A stretch of DNA of 48,227 nucleotides. Source: a candidate division WOR-3 bacterium (lineage in GTDB: Bacteria; SDB-A). The notes beneath the pieces were generated by a model. The model was not told where the DNA came from, did no database searches, and worked only from the letters and a program-made list of their open reading frames with translations. Both the position numbers and the translations under genes were made by a program. This document shows, piece after piece, positions 46,396-48,227 of this stretch (positions are counted from its first letter, which is position 1; each line of letters opens with the position of its first letter). The stretch spans positions 1 to 48,227 of the forward strand of contig JAFGSQ010000049.1 in assembly GCA_016934535.1 (NCBI GenBank). Reading direction: 5' to 3'.

Positions 46396-47844
46396 ATGGA
46401 CTTGGACAAACCGAACATGAAAAATTTGACTCCCAATAAAAATACTGCGAAATCTCCGCGAGTTATATTGGTACAGAACAAGCGGGTCAAAGAATCCGAA
46501 ATCAAACGCCTTCTCTCAGAGAGGGGATTCGAAGTTCTTCCGTGCGACAATATCTTTGATACTCTCGATAAACTCAAATCTCCTGGATATACCGCGGGGG
46601 CGGTTTTTGATGTTGATGAATTGAGCGGCGACGCTATGGAAATACTCGAGGCGATAAGAAGTGAAAAATCTAAAACAGAATTCCCTGTCGCTTTAATCAC
46701 GAACCGTAAAGACTTCGACATTGAGGATTTTTTCAGGTCAGGCGCCAACGAATACATTGAACGAAGCAAAGCCGCCAAAGAATTTGTTCCGAGATTTTTA
46801 AACCTGGTTTCGACCGCGGAATCTTTCAGGTCCCTTCTTAAAAACTCGGACAAAATTAAATTCCTTTTTGAAACATCAAACATTTTTAATTCGACTCTGG
46901 ACATAGACGTCATAATGGATCACATTCTCAAGCTTACGGTCGAGGCGACAAATTCTCATTCCGGAACAGTTTTTCTCACGGACGCAAAAGGGAACGTAAT
47001 AAAACAGATACTTTCTAACAATTACCCTTCTCCTCTTCAGCAATCCGTCATAGTGGACAAAATTATGCATAAAGGATTGGCGGGATGGGTTTTCGAAAAT
47101 AAAAAACCCGGAATAATAAGCAACACAGACACTGACGAGAGATGGTACAAAATGAAATGGAACGGCCCTGACCTGAAATCCGTTGTCTGCATGCCTATGA
47201 TAAGACGCGATCATATTCTCGGCGTCCTTACCCTTCATCATCCTGAAGAATCATATTACAATGAGAATCACATCGAGATTCTGAATCAGATAGCCAATCA
47301 GGCCGCGATTTCCATAGAGAACTCGCACATTTTCAATCAGCTTCACCATCTTTCCATAACCGATGAATTGACGGGGCTTTTCAACAGAAGGCTTTTCTTC
47401 ACTCTTGCCGATAAAGAATATTTTAAGGCTATTAAGTTCAACGAATTTCTCTCAATGATGATGATAGACATCGACGACTTCAAATCTATAAATGACGTTT
47501 ACGGTCATTTCGCCGGAGACATTGTTCTGGAAACAATTTCGAAGATTTTTCAGACAATAATCAGGAATTACGACATTCTCGCCAGATATGGAGGCGACGA
47601 ATTTGTCGTGCTAATGCCTAAAACGCACATTCAAGGAGCCATAGATCTTGCCAAAAAGATTCACAAGGAAGTTGAATGCTGCGAGATAAAAGTGGATGAA
47701 AAGAAAATAAGAGTCACTTTGAGCATCGGTGTCGCTGAAAAAGATGACAAGACGGACAGCTTTTCACATTTGCTGAAAAAAACAGATCAAGCCCTTTACA
47801 GGGCAAAGGCCAAAGGTAAAAACCGCATTGATATTACCTGTTGA
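46396..47844 (+). CDS. Diguanylate cyclase (degenerate receiver - GAF - GGDEF)
   Basis: GAF region (GLAGWV..SVVCMPM..LGVLTL..QAAISIEN), TDELTGLFNRR, DIDDFKSIND.YGH..GD, I-site RNYD, RYGGDEF and ALYRAK..GKN. Confidence 0.94.
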   Translation: MDLDKPNMKNLTPNKNTAKSPRVILVQNKRVKESEIKRLLSERGFEVLPCDNIFDTLDKLKSPGYTAGAVFDVDELSGDAMEILEAIRSEKSKTEFPVALITNRKDFDIEDFFRSGANEYIERSKAAKEFVPRFLNLVSTAESFRSLLKNSDKIKFLFETSNIFNSTLDIDVIMDHILKLTVEATNSHSGTVFLTDAKGNVIKQILSNNYPSPLQQSVIVDKIMHKGLAGWVFENKKPGIISNTDTDERWYKMKWNGPDLKSVVCMPMIRRDHILGVLTLHHPEESYYNENHIEILNQIANQAAISIENSHIFNQLHHLSITDELTGLFNRRLFFTLADKEYFKAIKFNEFLSMMMIDIDDFKSINDVYGHFAGDIVLETISKIFQTIIRNYDILARYGGDEFVVLMPKTHIQGAIDLAKKIHKEVECCEIKVDEKKIRVTLSIGVAEKDDKTDSFSHLLKKTDQALYRAKAKGKNRIDITC

Positions 47845-47860
47845 CCCGGCTCATTCAATC

Positions 47861-48226
47861 CTATTGTTTATATCTCCACCCGTATGTCAGATTGAGATGC
47901 GCCAGATGTCTATCGGGATTCAGCGCCTGATCAATCATGTAATTTGATCCGGTAAGAACGACGATACAGTCGTCTTTTTTCAAAGTCAAAGCCCTTTTTA
48001 GCGCTTCGGAAGGATTTTCGACTATTTCTGCGGTTTTACCTGTGATTTTATCCAATTCTCCGGCGATTGAGGCCGGTTCGACAGAATTATACGAAGCTTT
48101 GGTAACAATTATCTTTTCGGCTAATCCTGCCAGATTTTTGAAAACCCTTTCTGGTGAGCGAAAATTGGACAGCGCGATAACCAGTATTATTTTTTTTTCA
48201 TTATATTTTGTCTTTAAATGTTTGGA
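47861..48226 (-). CDS. C-terminal part of a FolC / Mur-ligase-family protein (runs off the window)
   Basis: The frame is open to the window edge: ..KKIILVIALSNFRSPERVFKNLAGLAEKIIVTK..PSEALKRAL..CIVVLTGSNYMI. This resembles the FolC C-terminal 'GSLY' region. Confidence 0.65.
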   Translation of the reverse strand, partial: SKHLKTKYNEKKIILVIALSNFRSPERVFKNLAGLAEKIIVTKASYNSVEPASIAGELDKITGKTAEIVENPSEALKRALTLKKDDCIVVLTGSNYMIDQALNPDRHLAHLNLTYGWRYKQ

Positions 48227-48227
48227 A

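Overview
A gene-dense bacterial chromosomal window with about 47 protein-coding genes and one tRNA-Pro(GGG). I found no CRISPR array, transposase, integrase or prophage. It carries housekeeping blocks (era; DUF512-der-plsY-gpsA-MerR-tRNA-Pro; priA; surE-pcm), a metal-stress cluster (csoR-copA, mntP, DPS-like ferritin), a heterodimeric ABC exporter, signalling proteins (PAS hybrid kinase, GAF-GGDEF cyclase, a stand-alone MshEN-like protein) and four secreted proteins sharing a T9SS-type-A/FlgD-Ig-like C-terminal domain. This content suggests an uncultured anaerobic diderm, perhaps WOR-3-like, but the taxon is inference only. The main result is missed by the ORF track. The 258-aa ORF at 37227..38003(-) is the 3' part of a 349-aa gene starting at GTG 38276, with a strong RBS and a signal peptide. 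It has one in-frame TGA (38169..38171) at the first position of a thioredoxin-type UxxC motif, followed 14 nt later by a SECIS-like hairpin. It is therefore a candidate secreted Omp28-like selenoprotein. Also notable are a leader-peptide/hairpin attenuator candidate upstream of the ABC exporter and a clamp-motif-like tail on the MerR protein. All family calls come from motif recognition by eye, not from database searches.
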